A stretch of DNA of 63,964 nt, the filler included, from Sanchytrium tribonematis (lineage: Eukaryota): assembly GCA_018985235.1 (NCBI GenBank). It is 8 parts of 8 records of this genome, joined end to end, with 100 filler letters (N's around TTAATTAATTAA, not from the genome) between each part and the next. Parts side by side here need not be neighbours in the genome. Positions count along the whole stretch, not along the records: positions 8,095 to 16,082 come from JADGIG010000404.1; positions 16,183 to 24,160 come from JADGIG010000405.1; 6 more parts are not named here. One strand, 5' to 3'. Positions 10,800 through 21,747 of this stretch are shown one piece after another (position 1 is the stretch's first letter; each line of letters starts with the position of its first letter). Made by a program: the position numbers and the translations under genes. The notes beneath the pieces are model-generated. The model saw only the letters and a program-made list of their open reading frames with translations. It made no database searches and was not told the DNA's origin.

Positions 10800-12334
10800 G
10801 TATATCAACATCTAAAGGAAATCACTCAGTTTATTGTAAACAATTCAAAACTGAATCAAATATTTCCAAAGATAAAAGAAAGGTTTTGGAGCAATTGGCC
10901 AGCAATTTCATGATCCACTTAAGTGAAGCCCAGCAACTCGAACAGCCAAATAAGCCTTCTCATTTCAATCAGTCTTTTAATTTTCCTAAAGGAATTCTTG
11001 CTGATCTCTTGGTACCAACCAAAGCCGCTTGTGGAAAGAAGTATATTGTAAGTTTGGAACACTTGACTTTTATTTCACATCCAATTGAAATCAAGTCTGC
11101 TTCAATTCATTTCAGTAGTAGAGAACACAGAAGTGGTTCTACACCATCATTTACAATATCCGAGGATTCTACTGATGAAGTCACGGACTCTCAAACAATT
11201 TCAATAAGAAATATATCCAAACTTTTAGAGGTAAGTTCAGGACACATGTCTCACGATGATGACAGTGACCAGACCGCTCTTCACACTTTTAATATTGCGC
11301 TTGTAGTGGACAATAGGTTTATTGAACCAAGGTTTTACAATTTGATTCATGAGCAAATTGTCGAAAAGTTAATGAATATACTTGAAGAAGAGCAAATAAG
11401 TAATAGCTATATTTCTAAACAAGTTCAAAATTTACTGCAAAAAACTGAAAGACAAAATATTGCAATTGAGGATGGAGATTTAAATATCATTTTGGATTCT
11501 ATGATGGATCATATAAGAAGTGGTAGATCATATGCTTTTGATCTACATGGTAGAGTTCACACATTTCCCAACATTCGAAATTGTACTTCGGAAATTCCTT
11601 TGGTTCAACCTTTCCAAACTATCTTGCTGATTGAGGGAAGGTTACAAATTTTGAAAGTTTTAAACGAGGAATTTGCATCACAATACATAGAATACTTAGA
11701 CTATATCTCCCCTTTTATGTCTTTATCAGAAAGTTGCTTGGTGAATGATATATCATCAAATGCAATTTTAGATATAAGCCAATTGCTAATATCTTTAAAT
11801 TATGCAAAAACCATTGATCCGATTAGCCTTTATAACGTATATAGAGTCTCTGAATCTTGCGATTTGAATAGAGTCAAGCTTTATTCACCTAATTTTAAGA
11901 CGAAATTTGGATTGGACTTGTTCAATTTACTTTCTCGGCTTAAATTTACTAAACCATTAATGCAACATATTTATGATATGACAAATGCTACGAAAGATGA
12001 TCCCTACTCACAAATACTCTTGGATGCAACCCTGGATTTAATGAGAATGGATTTTATTACTCAAATCACTTCTCAAGTGTTTCTCAAGCTCTCAAATGAC
12101 AGCTCTTCATTATTATATGATCCTTTCACCTTGTCTACAAATCAGTTAGAATATATAGACATGCTTTCAAATCGACTGATTCCTCCGATGAACGAATATT
12201 TTAGAAAGGCATTTATGTATTTTAACTGTAAGCATAATCTTAACGAGATTGCATATCGAACCGACCTACCTATAACCGAATTGCACAAATTGTTGGAGCT
12301 ATTAGAGGATCACTTGATTGTCGTAGAGATTTAA
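10760..12334 (+). CDS. NPR3: Npr3/NPRL3-like SEACIT/GATOR1 subunit
   Basis: N-terminal LGLF..STSKG, LADLLVP..ACGKK...LTFISHP, FNIALV, PFQTILL, YFNCKHNLNEI pattern of Npr3. Confidence 0.65.
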   Translation: MTLPPQGFLGLFSCISTSKGNHSVYCKQFKTESNISKDKRKVLEQLASNFMIHLSEAQQLEQPNKPSHFNQSFNFPKGILADLLVPTKAACGKKYIVSLEHLTFISHPIEIKSASIHFSSREHRSGSTPSFTISEDSTDEVTDSQTISIRNISKLLEVSSGHMSHDDDSDQTALHTFNIALVVDNRFIEPRFYNLIHEQIVEKLMNILEEEQISNSYISKQVQNLLQKTERQNIAIEDGDLNIILDSMMDHIRSGRSYAFDLHGRVHTFPNIRNCTSEIPLVQPFQTILLIEGRLQILKVLNEEFASQYIEYLDYISPFMSLSESCLVNDISSNAILDISQLLISLNYAKTIDPISLYNVYRVSESCDLNRVKLYSPNFKTKFGLDLFNLLSRLKFTKPLMQHIYDMTNATKDDPYSQILLDATLDLMRMDFITQITSQVFLKLSNDSSSLLYDPFTLSTNQLEYIDMLSNRLIPPMNEYFRKAFMYFNCKHNLNEIAYRTDLPITELHKLLELLEDHLIVVEI

Positions 12335-12372
12335 TAAATTATACGAAAAAGGGGAAATTTGTCGCAAATAGA

Positions 12373-15300
12373 ATGAGTTTGAAGCCAGTTTGTCAAATGA
12401 AAGGCGATTGCGGTGGCTCTTTCTTCCAAAAAATACCCTGTGCGAATACCACAGAGCCAGACATACCGTCTTCAGATTTAAAAGTAGACCTGTTGGAATT
12501 CTGTCCCCAAAAGTTTGAAAATGGTGTTTGCTGCACTTTTAATCAATTTGAATCACTCAAGAACAATGTTAATAGACTTTCACCTTTTGTTTCCAATTGT
12601 CCTGCATGTATGAATAACCTAAAGCAATTTTTCTGTGAAATGACTTGTGGTGATCAGTCTATGTTTAATATAACAGAAACAGCTCTTGGTAACGAAGGTA
12701 AGCCTTATGTGGTCAACGCTACTCTCAACATTCAAAACACTTATGGTGAAGGCCTTTTTGATTCTTGTAAAGAGATTAAATTGTCAGCTGCAAATGCCAA
12801 AGTTATAGATTTTATAGGCGGAGGAGCTAAAAATTGGAAACATTTAGTGCGAGCTTTTGGAACAAAAAGTGCACTTGGGTCTCCGTATACTATTGTCCCT
12901 TCTGAAGATCCTAATTTACCTGCGTTGAATGGTACAACAGTTGCTTGTAGTGATCCATTATACAAGTGCGCTTGCCTTGATTGTCCAGTAGTTTGCCCTG
13001 ATTGCAGTGACATTTCCTTTTCGGATATACCCTATTTTGATCAAGTTTGGTTAATTAGTGTATTTTGCACTGGATTTTTAGTTGTTGCACTTTATGCATT
13101 ATTTATAGGTATTCGAAGATTTCGACAAAGACCCGAAGATACGCCGCTTTTGGCGGATGTGGACGATTATAATGAAGATGATTTAATTAGCGCAAGTAGC
13201 AAAACTAAGAGTATAATTCCTACCAGCCTGAGTGAGGTTACCGAGAAAAATATCTCAACGCCTCTTTGGTATCAATTGCAACGATTTGCGGGTTCCCTGG
13301 GATTTAAATGTTCTTTTTATAGAAATCGTCTTCTTTTTACATTATTGGGAATATTTATGTTGACAAGTCTTTGTTTGTCTCTTATTTTTCCAATTCCATT
13401 TGAAACAGACCCAGTTCATTTGTGGAGTTCGCCCTCAAGTCCTTCGAGAATTAACAAGGTTAAGCACGATAGAACTTTTGGCCCGTTTTACCGAATTCAG
13501 CAGGCTATCTTAAGTACTCCGAATTCAATTTTGAACGAAGAATCTATGAGACAAGTTGCGAATACTGTATTAGATATAAAGGGTATGACGGTTAATCACA
13601 ACAACTCCCGATACAAATTCGACGATCTTTGTTTAAAAATACAAAATGAATGTGTGGTCTACAGTGTATTTGGTTATTTTAAGCACGATTTGTTGAAAGT
13701 TGATGATCCTAATTGGAAATCTACTTTAAATTTATGTCTGAACCAGCCAACAGACTTTGAATGTTTACCACCTTTTCTCCAGCCATTGCAACCCAATATG
13801 GTTTTAGCTGACTACAAAGAAAATGATTATTTTAGTGCGAAAGGATTGCAAATTACTTTACCAATGCAGAATTTCATTGATTCTAATTTATTGCAAGCTA
13901 GTAAGCTATTTGAATTGAAGCTACTAGATTATTTTTCTGATAAAAACATTAAATATGGAAATGATTCTAGATTGAAAGAGCTCAAGTACAAACTTGTATA
14001 CAGCACAGAGTCGAGCATCGAGTTGGAGGTTGATAAAGCTACAAGTATGGATTTCAAGGCCATCTTTATAAGCTATTTTTTAATGTTTTTCTATGTTTTA
14101 GTTGCACTTTATAAACCTGTCCAAAGTGAGAATCATGTTGCAGTCAATCTCTTAAAACATTTGCCTTATCTCACTGTCTTATGCGGAATCGCCTTAATTA
14201 TCAACAGTATAGCCATCACTTTTGTGATAATGGTTGCAGTTGGTGTAAAACCGTCCTTTATTTTGTTGGAAGTATTACCGTTTCTAGTATTGGCAGTCGG
14301 TGTAGACAATATTTTTTTAATAACTAACAAATTCCACGCAATTCTTGTCAATGTCGACAGTTTTGAAGATTACGACAAGACTCTTAGTGATTGCATGTCA
14401 ACAGCGATGATCAAAGTGCTTCCCAGTGTTTTTGTTACTTTAGTTTTGGAGCTGTCTGCATTTCTACTGGCCATGCTGATGGCTACACCTGCTGTTACTG
14501 TATTTTGCCTTTACGCTGCATGCGCATTGTTCATCAATATGGTATTCCAAATTGTATTTTTACCTGCCATTTTAACTTTTGAAAAGAAGATTAAAAAAGT
14601 TCAATATCGAAGATCTCAACCTTGGGCTATTGATGCGCATTATACAAAAATTTTATTCAATACTAAATTTACGAATATTGCTCTTGTGTTTTTGGGAATT
14701 CTTTTTCTCGTATCCCTGGCAATGATGATGCAAATTAGTCTCGGTCTTGAACAAGTTGATGTTGTCCCAATAACGTCTTATTTAAAAGACTATTTTCAAT
14801 ATCTGTCGAAACTTAGTATTGGTGCACCCGTCTATTTTAGTGTCAATCATGTCGTATTTTCAGGAGAAACTTTAAAGCAGACTTGCGGAAGATTTCCTGG
14901 ATGTAAGAAAAACAACGTAGTGGATCTTTTGACTACCATTTCAAATGAATACGGTGTTTTGGCAGGACCTCCTTCGGCGCCTATGGATGATTTCATAAGC
15001 TGGCTGGACCCGCAATTTGGTTGTTGTGGTGTTAAAATTGACAATTACGATGAATCTAAATATTATATTCCAAATAACAAAACTAGCTGCATTCCTGATA
15101 CAATGACCTGCAAACCCTGTGTCCCCATGATGAATAGAAAGCTGGATCCTCTTCCAAATGATCATGATCTGACTTTGTTATTAAAAGAATGGCTCAAGGC
15201 CCCTGTAAGTGCAATGTGTATGTCTGCTGGAGAAACTTACGCAAGCGATGTCAAGATTGAAAATGGTACTGATGTTAATATAGCATACAGAACATATCAT

Positions 15301-16024
15301 TCAGCAATGAGCAGCCAATTAGATTTCATTGAGGCCTTACAAACTGATTTCAACATAATGGATTACATCAAATCAAAAGTGAGTTTTGATGTTGGCGTTT
15401 TTTCTTCATTTCATGTTTTCTTTGAGCAATATTTGGATATCAAATTCAAACTCGCATATGTTATGGCCTTGGTTATTGTTATAACAATTCTGATTAGTGT
15501 GTTAGTACTGGGAAGTATTAGAAGTGGCTTTATATTAGCTATATGCCAGGTCTTTGTGCTTTCTTTGCTACTAAACATGTCAGCATTATTGGGTTTGCAA
15601 CTTAACAGCATTTTGGCAGCCAATTTGATCATGAGTATGGGAATTACATTTGAATTTTGCTCCCATATATTAATTAAGTACTTGATACTTCCAATGAGTG
15701 ACAATAGGGAAAGAGTCAAAGAGTGTTTGATGGACGTCGGAAATATTATCTTTACTGGAATTGGAACCACAAAATTTGTAGGAGTTTTAGCTCTTAGTTT
15801 GGCATCTAGTGTAGTTTTCCAGAAGTACTACTTCATATTTTATTTCTGGTTTGTTGTAATTGTTTTATTTACAGGTAATTCATTCTAATCTAGCATTTTT
15901 CATTTTACCAATTTTATTAGTATATTTTGGTGAGCAAGGGTATTTGAGTGATTTAAGTGAGTTATTTGATTATTTAAACTACAACTCTCAAACAGTTAGT
16001 CAATATTCGGATGAAAAGGAATGA
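12373..16024 (+). CDS. NCR1: Niemann-Pick C1-like sterol transporter, two exons
   Basis: Cys-rich N-terminal domain, ETDPVHLWS, FGPFYRIQQ, EVLPFLVLAVGVDNIFL, GITFEFCSH; removing a 19-nt intron yields the last helix FFILPILLVYFG and stop TGA 16022-16024. Confidence 0.92.
15875..15893 (+). other. 19-nt spliceosomal intron (alternative candidate at 15856-15874)
   Basis: GTAATTCATTCTAATCTAG with CTAAT branch-like motif. Confidence 0.7.
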
Positions 16025-16082
16025 TTTATTAAATTTATATAGAATTTTCAATTTTCTTTCGCCAAGATCTCCAACTGGTGTA

Positions 16083-16182
16083 NNNNNNNNNNNNNNNNNN
16101 NNNNNNNNNNNNNNNNNNNNNNNNNNTTAATTAATTAANNNNNNNNNNNNNNNNNNNNNNNNNNNNNNNNNNNNNNNNNNNN
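16083..16182. other. artificial contig linker
   Basis: N44-TTAATTAATTAA-N44. Confidence 0.98.
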
Positions 16183-17559
16183 TTATATGTGCTGTTAAAT
16201 AACTAGCATGACTCCAAGTGAGATCTTTTGCACCCGTCATAAAACCATTGTTGAGATTGTATTGTTCGCTAAAGTGGCCTGATACACCGTCATTTGAGAG
16301 TTTAGATCCACCATGATATAAAAATCTGCGAAGTTGTTTATCAGCGTTGTCAAACAATGATTTTAAGATTTGGTCGTATAATTTATCACCTTGTTTCACA
16401 ACGGTGTTGTTGCTCGAGATGCTAAAATTTAAGGCAACATTCAAGAAATCTCGATTTTGGTCATCAATTTTGATCGACTTTAAAGAAAAGTATTCTTGAA
16501 TCAAAACATAATAATATTCTGCTACTGCAGCGGTGGCCAAAAACCAAGGATTTGCTAAATTAAAAATAAATTACCTTGAGAAAGTCCCACTCCGTCGTAA
16601 ATGTCCTCAGGGTATCTTCCAAAGGCTGATCCTAAATTTAATTTAATTGCTTCCTCAATCTTGTCTTTCTTATGGTTTAAAGGATATACATCAAAAAACG
16701 CAACTTTTAACTTTGCCAGAGTGTTTTGAATTGCAGGATGAGAAGCGTATATAACATCTTGCGATGTACAATTAGAATGTAACACAGCTAAAATAGTCGC
16801 GATGTCTAAATTTGATGTTTTCTTTAAACCTTTTTGTTTTTCAATTGTTTGCAAAACAGTATTATTTTTCAAATGCTTTTTAATATTATTTTGAGCAATG
16901 AGTGTCTGATGCTTATAATAAGTAGCAGCACCAGAATCTCCTTCCTTCTCTGCAATTTCTATACATGCTTGCAAAGCTTTATCGTAGATAACTGAATTAT
17001 AAAAATGTTTTCCTAAAACTTCTTCCCATAAATCATACGAGGCCGAGTTAAGTTTTTTGGATACATATTCACAATCTGCTTTGATGACACTACTAAAATC
17101 TGAAGTGTACCAGTCACTTTTTCGCTTGGTAAAAGAGAGATACTTTATGATGGAGAATGACCTTAAAGCTGGACCATCATTCTGCGGTCTACCCCAAGGA
17201 CCATTAAATGCGGTTCCATCAACATTAAATTTTGGCTCACCAAAATTGGAATCGTCAATTTCTTTTGATTTAGTAACTGTTTGTTGGTTTAAAATGGAAA
17301 AATCCACATATTCATTAAATTTAGTATCTAGAAAAGTCAAATTTTTAATACTTGATAGCTCAGGAACATGGTTTTTCTTTAAAAAGTCTTGAACTTGTGT
17401 TAGAACGTCCATTGTCAAGGCAGAATCGCGAGTCCAAGAATACCAATAATTTGGACTGGATTTGCTCACACTTGCTACAATTGCTCCAGGTATAGTTTCT
17501 GTAGGATGGATATTATTGATCATCAATTGATAACTTAAAAGAAACTGAGTCCATTGCAT
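16183..17559 (-). CDS. glucoamylase (GH15), two exons, 3' end cut by the contig edge
   Basis: YSWTRDSAL, GEPKFNVDG, WGRPQNDGPALR, YDLWEEV, GRYPEDIYDG, NPWFLAT (after splicing), SEQY, LTWSHAS. Confidence 0.93.
16555..16574 (-). other. 20-nt spliceosomal intron
   Basis: GTAATTTATTTTTAATTTAG; restores LSQANPWFLAT. Confidence 0.9.
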
Positions 17560-17706
17560 TCTTAATGTCTAGATGCAAGTAGATTCTTTTGTAATCTCCT
17601 CGTAATAATGACGACACTTGATTGGCCAAATGCTGTTACCATTGACTACAAACTACAACTTGGTGAAGTAATGAAACTATAACTAGTAAATTTAATATGA
17701 ATTAAT

Positions 17707-19584
17707 TTATTGTTGATTTTTTTCGAGCATGCTGATTCTATGTTGATGGTGCTTGGATTGAATTGCTTTAAAAACTTCAAGCAATTCATTAAAATCAATC
17801 CCTTCCTCGGCTCTTTTAGTTTTCCTCTTTGATATTTGTGGTTGATTCGCATTTGTTTGCATGAGCAAGGGATTGATGCAGCCAAGTCTACTTTTTAAAG
17901 TACCAAAGGCACTACTCTGTGGCAAAATCATCAATATTCCATACAATGCACGGAATAAATAAGGATTCATTTCAAGCAACTGAACACGAAGAAATGTAAA
18001 TATTGGAGATTCTAGTAATTGAACCAATTTATCTAGTTGTATTAGCATATTTACAGTGATTTCATACTCACTCATAATCACCAAAACATCGCAAGCGTGT
18101 TCATAAAGTTGGCATAATAAACAGAGACTAAACAAACAAACTGGGTGGTGGGCCCAGGCTTTATAAAGTACCAAAAATAAATCTGATTGCTGCATAGTAT
18201 TCAAAGTCATTCGAGTAGCTTGACAAGAAGGATGTGTCAATAAAATAAGATTCAAATTTTGAACCATAGTCTGGCACATTTCCAAATCATCTTCTTCAGC
18301 CAATTGAACACTTAATCCTTTTAAAAAAGTAGACATTCCGACATATTGACCATAAGTCGTTAAAATGTAAGCACCCTTATTTTGCAAAAGAGATCTGTCA
18401 ACTGAAAATAAAGCCAATACATGTTGAATGAAACTATGAAATGGAAAATTCTTGACTGATAGTTCTGCAGTTAATTTCATTACTTTTTTGCAGATAACTT
18501 CGTCATCGCTTCTTAGCAATTGAAACAATTGGGATTTAATGGGGTCCTGAACTTGTAAGTCTGAATTGATATAAATCATTTTTATATAATCTAATGAAAT
18601 TAGCTTCGAATCACTCAAATGTTTGTAAATACTGTTTAAAATGCCTTGCATTTGAGTCTGGGATGTGCAGGATTGAATTAGTTTATGAAGTTGGTCGTTT
18701 ACATGATGAAAATGCGGTAAAATCGTATTGCTTAACGGTATACTCAATAATACATCAATAAGCAATGTCAAATGGGGAGACAATTCATCTGGGTATTTCA
18801 TAAATGTGGAAAGCCAATTTAATGCAGTACAAGTCGTCAGCTCGTCTTCTGTTTGTATAAATGGTAACAATAAAGGCAACAAGACCGAAACGTCTTGTTG
18901 TTGCACCAAAGGATTCATAAGGTTTAAAAAAGAAAGAGTCAAACTCCGAATTTCTTCATGATCGTCACTTAAATACTTAAACAGCGTGCTTAAAATCAAT
19001 GGTAAATCTTGCATAAAATTTGCATTTGGTAGACTGCTAAGCACATGTAACCAATTCAGCATCATGGTTCTTACGTTAGGATGAATGGCGTGCATTCTTT
19101 CGCTCAATATTGGCATAATCTGTTTATAATTAATTTCAACATCCAGTATTATATCCTTCAAAAGTCTATCCAATAATTCTGCTGCTTGACGACAAGTTTT
19201 GTCAGGATCACTAGCCAATTTTGCAATGTTATCAATAGTTGTATGCAAAATACATGTTTTTGTGTGTTTAATTAAATTATAAAGGGCTTCACAACTATAG
19301 TATCTCATTTTAGGATCTAAATCATCAAAACATTGCATTATAACATGATTCCACTCCAAAATGTCCGTTGATGGAATTTCCATTGAGTAGCTGCAACTAA
19401 CTAGTGCTAGACATGCACCACTTTTTTGGTGAGTCGGACAGTTGGGATTAAGCCAAGACAAGAATTGATCTACTACATCTTTTGATTTACTATAATCTAA
19501 TTGTAATTTTTCAAGATCGACAGCTGCCAACTTCCTCTTCTCATATTGCTTATCTTGCAATCTTTTAATGAGCTGAACATCCAT
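17707..19584 (-). CDS. VAC14: Vac14 scaffold of the PIKfyve/Fab1 complex
   Basis: LQDKQYEKRKLAA, RYYSCEALYN, AAELLDRLLKDI, QLDKLVQLLESPIFTFLRVQLLE, LYGILMILPQSSAF; ATG 19584. Confidence 0.93.
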   Translation of the reverse strand: MDVQLIKRLQDKQYEKRKLAAVDLEKLQLDYSKSKDVVDQFLSWLNPNCPTHQKSGACLALVSCSYSMEIPSTDILEWNHVIMQCFDDLDPKMRYYSCEALYNLIKHTKTCILHTTIDNIAKLASDPDKTCRQAAELLDRLLKDIILDVEINYKQIMPILSERMHAIHPNVRTMMLNWLHVLSSLPNANFMQDLPLILSTLFKYLSDDHEEIRSLTLSFLNLMNPLVQQQDVSVLLPLLLPFIQTEDELTTCTALNWLSTFMKYPDELSPHLTLLIDVLLSIPLSNTILPHFHHVNDQLHKLIQSCTSQTQMQGILNSIYKHLSDSKLISLDYIKMIYINSDLQVQDPIKSQLFQLLRSDDEVICKKVMKLTAELSVKNFPFHSFIQHVLALFSVDRSLLQNKGAYILTTYGQYVGMSTFLKGLSVQLAEEDDLEMCQTMVQNLNLILLTHPSCQATRMTLNTMQQSDLFLVLYKAWAHHPVCLFSLCLLCQLYEHACDVLVIMSEYEITVNMLIQLDKLVQLLESPIFTFLRVQLLEMNPYLFRALYGILMILPQSSAFGTLKSRLGCINPLLMQTNANQPQISKRKTKRAEEGIDFNELLEVFKAIQSKHHQHRISMLEKNQQ

Positions 19585-19765
19585 TGTTTGAAAAATATTT
19601 GCCAATTTATTTGAAAACTCTAGCACAATTACACGATTGATTTCTTTAAATGCTTTATATAGTAAGTCGAATTTTAAATTGTTTTCATTAACATTCAATT
19701 GCTCAATGTGAGAATGCTATTACTTATGGATATAAACTTAAATTTTCAAAACTTCTCCGTTAGAA

Positions 19766-21727
19766 ATGATTTCCCAAAACAAATTCGTCCTTTCACAAAG
19801 TTTCCCAACTGAAGCAGAGTTGCAATTATCAGACAGTTTAGAAGCCTTTTTGAGATCAATGAATTTATATCCCACTTCTGATAGGCAAATGATCATATAT
19901 AAACTCGGTAATTTATTAAAAGAAGTTGGTGGGTTGCTTTATACTTTCGGTTCATTTAGATTAGGCGTTTATTCAGACACTTCTGATATAGATTCTCTTC
20001 TGATCTGCAATTCCAGACTTTCTAGAGAACAAATAAAGAATAGAATTGTTGAGTTAGTTAGTTCGTGTCCGGAGGCAAGCAACATTGCCGCCGTCGACCA
20101 GGCTTATGTTCCTGTTGTTAATTTCACTTTTAATAATATTCCCATTGATTTGGTCTATTGCAGATTAAATATGCTGGATTTAGAAGAACCACTTAATACT
20201 GAGGATAATCATATACTTGTTGGGCTAGATGAGCAATCAATTAGAAGTTTAAACGGTCATAGAGTCACTGATATGATTTTGAAATTAGTTCCTAGTGTGG
20301 AACAATTCAGGATCGCCTTGCGTGCTATCAAACTTTGGGCAAAACGAAAGGGTATATACGGAAATGTTATGGGATTTTTTGGAGGGGTTGCATGGGCAAT
20401 GTGTGTGGCTAAGATTTGCCAATTATATCCAAATGCCACAGCTAGTGTATTGGTTTGCAAGTTTTTCAAGGTTTTTTATCAATGGCGATGGCCAAGTCCT
20501 GTTACGTTGAGAGATATTGAAGATTACTCCACAGCTACCAACTTTGAATCTAAATCCACTCATCCTAATTTAAATATGCGAGTGTGGAATCCCACAATTT
20601 ATCCGAGTGATCGTGCCCATAGGATGCCAGTGATCACTCCTGCATATCCAAGTATGTGTGCCACGCATAATGTGACGCTTTCGACCCAACTAATTATGAC
20701 TGAGGAATTCAAATCTTCTGCCGAAACAGCAGAAAAAATACTTAATGATCCGCAAGCTGTATTAGCACTTGATCAAGGAATAAATTCGAAGGAAGAAAAG
20801 TTACCAACTACGTGGGAGCATTTATTCTCGCCAAATAATTTTTTTAGTCGCTACAAGTACTATTTGACTGTTATTGCAGTTGCAACAAACCCAGAAGATC
20901 ATCTAATTTGGAGTGGAATGGTGGAATCGAGAATAAGACAATTAGTTGCCAAGTTAGAATTAGTGGATTGCCTTCACTTGGCTCATCCACATACAAAAAC
21001 ATTTGAAAGGATTGTAAGGTGCGAAAGCGAAAGAGATTCTAGAGATGTTGATAGTGGGAGGTTTGATTTGTATTTTGAAAAATTGAGAAAAGAAGAAGAA
21101 GATAAAAAGGAGTCAGATGCCAAACTAGATTTGGCATCAGTCAAAACTGGTGGAAGCAGCGATTTAAGGGAATTTATGGACATTGACGAAAGTAACACTC
21201 CACCTCCGGATAATCAACCACAATCTGAGAAACACACTTCATCTACCGTAACAAAAGATTCAACCGAAATAATGTATACAACATCATTTTACATTGGATT
21301 AAGCCTAAATCAAGATAGAAAGACGAAAAAATTGGATATCTCATGGCCTATTTCTGATTTCACCCAAATGTGTAATGGCTGGGACAAATTCAGTGAAAGC
21401 ACTATGTGTTTGTCTGTCCACCATGTAAAAGCAAGTCAGTTGCATCCTGATGTATTTGACAAGCCTCTATCTGTTACCTTAGCTGAGAAGAAATCAAAAG
21501 AGTCAAAACGATCACAAAAAGAGCCACCTGCTAAAAAAAGGAAAGGTAGCGGAGAAGATGTGAAGGAGTCTAAAGTGTCCCCTGCTAACAGTAAAGATGA
21601 GTCAAAAGCTTCTCCCCCTAGTCCAAATACTGAACCTAAACAGCATGTTCCTTCTGCTAGAACTCAAAACATAAGACAAACAATACTTAAATACGTCAAT
21701 GAGGCTAATAAACCTTCTAGAACTTAA
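19766..21727 (+). CDS. PAP1: canonical poly(A) polymerase
   Basis: FGSFRLGV..TSDIDSL, RSLNGHRVTD, IKLWAKRKGIYGN..GFFGGVAWAM, HRMPVITPAYPSMCATHNV. Confidence 0.96.
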   Translation: MISQNKFVLSQSFPTEAELQLSDSLEAFLRSMNLYPTSDRQMIIYKLGNLLKEVGGLLYTFGSFRLGVYSDTSDIDSLLICNSRLSREQIKNRIVELVSSCPEASNIAAVDQAYVPVVNFTFNNIPIDLVYCRLNMLDLEEPLNTEDNHILVGLDEQSIRSLNGHRVTDMILKLVPSVEQFRIALRAIKLWAKRKGIYGNVMGFFGGVAWAMCVAKICQLYPNATASVLVCKFFKVFYQWRWPSPVTLRDIEDYSTATNFESKSTHPNLNMRVWNPTIYPSDRAHRMPVITPAYPSMCATHNVTLSTQLIMTEEFKSSAETAEKILNDPQAVLALDQGINSKEEKLPTTWEHLFSPNNFFSRYKYYLTVIAVATNPEDHLIWSGMVESRIRQLVAKLELVDCLHLAHPHTKTFERIVRCESERDSRDVDSGRFDLYFEKLRKEEEDKKESDAKLDLASVKTGGSSDLREFMDIDESNTPPPDNQPQSEKHTSSTVTKDSTEIMYTTSFYIGLSLNQDRKTKKLDISWPISDFTQMCNGWDKFSESTMCLSVHHVKASQLHPDVFDKPLSVTLAEKKSKESKRSQKEPPAKKRKGSGEDVKESKVSPANSKDESKASPPSPNTEPKQHVPSARTQNIRQTILKYVNEANKPSRT

Positions 21728-21747
21728 ATAAATTATCTGTTTATTCG

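Noticed and set aside
16040..16082. Short minus-strand frame (HQLEILAKEN*) as the glucoamylase C-terminus across the gap
   Set aside because: Contigs are size-sorted, so adjacency across the linker is unsupported
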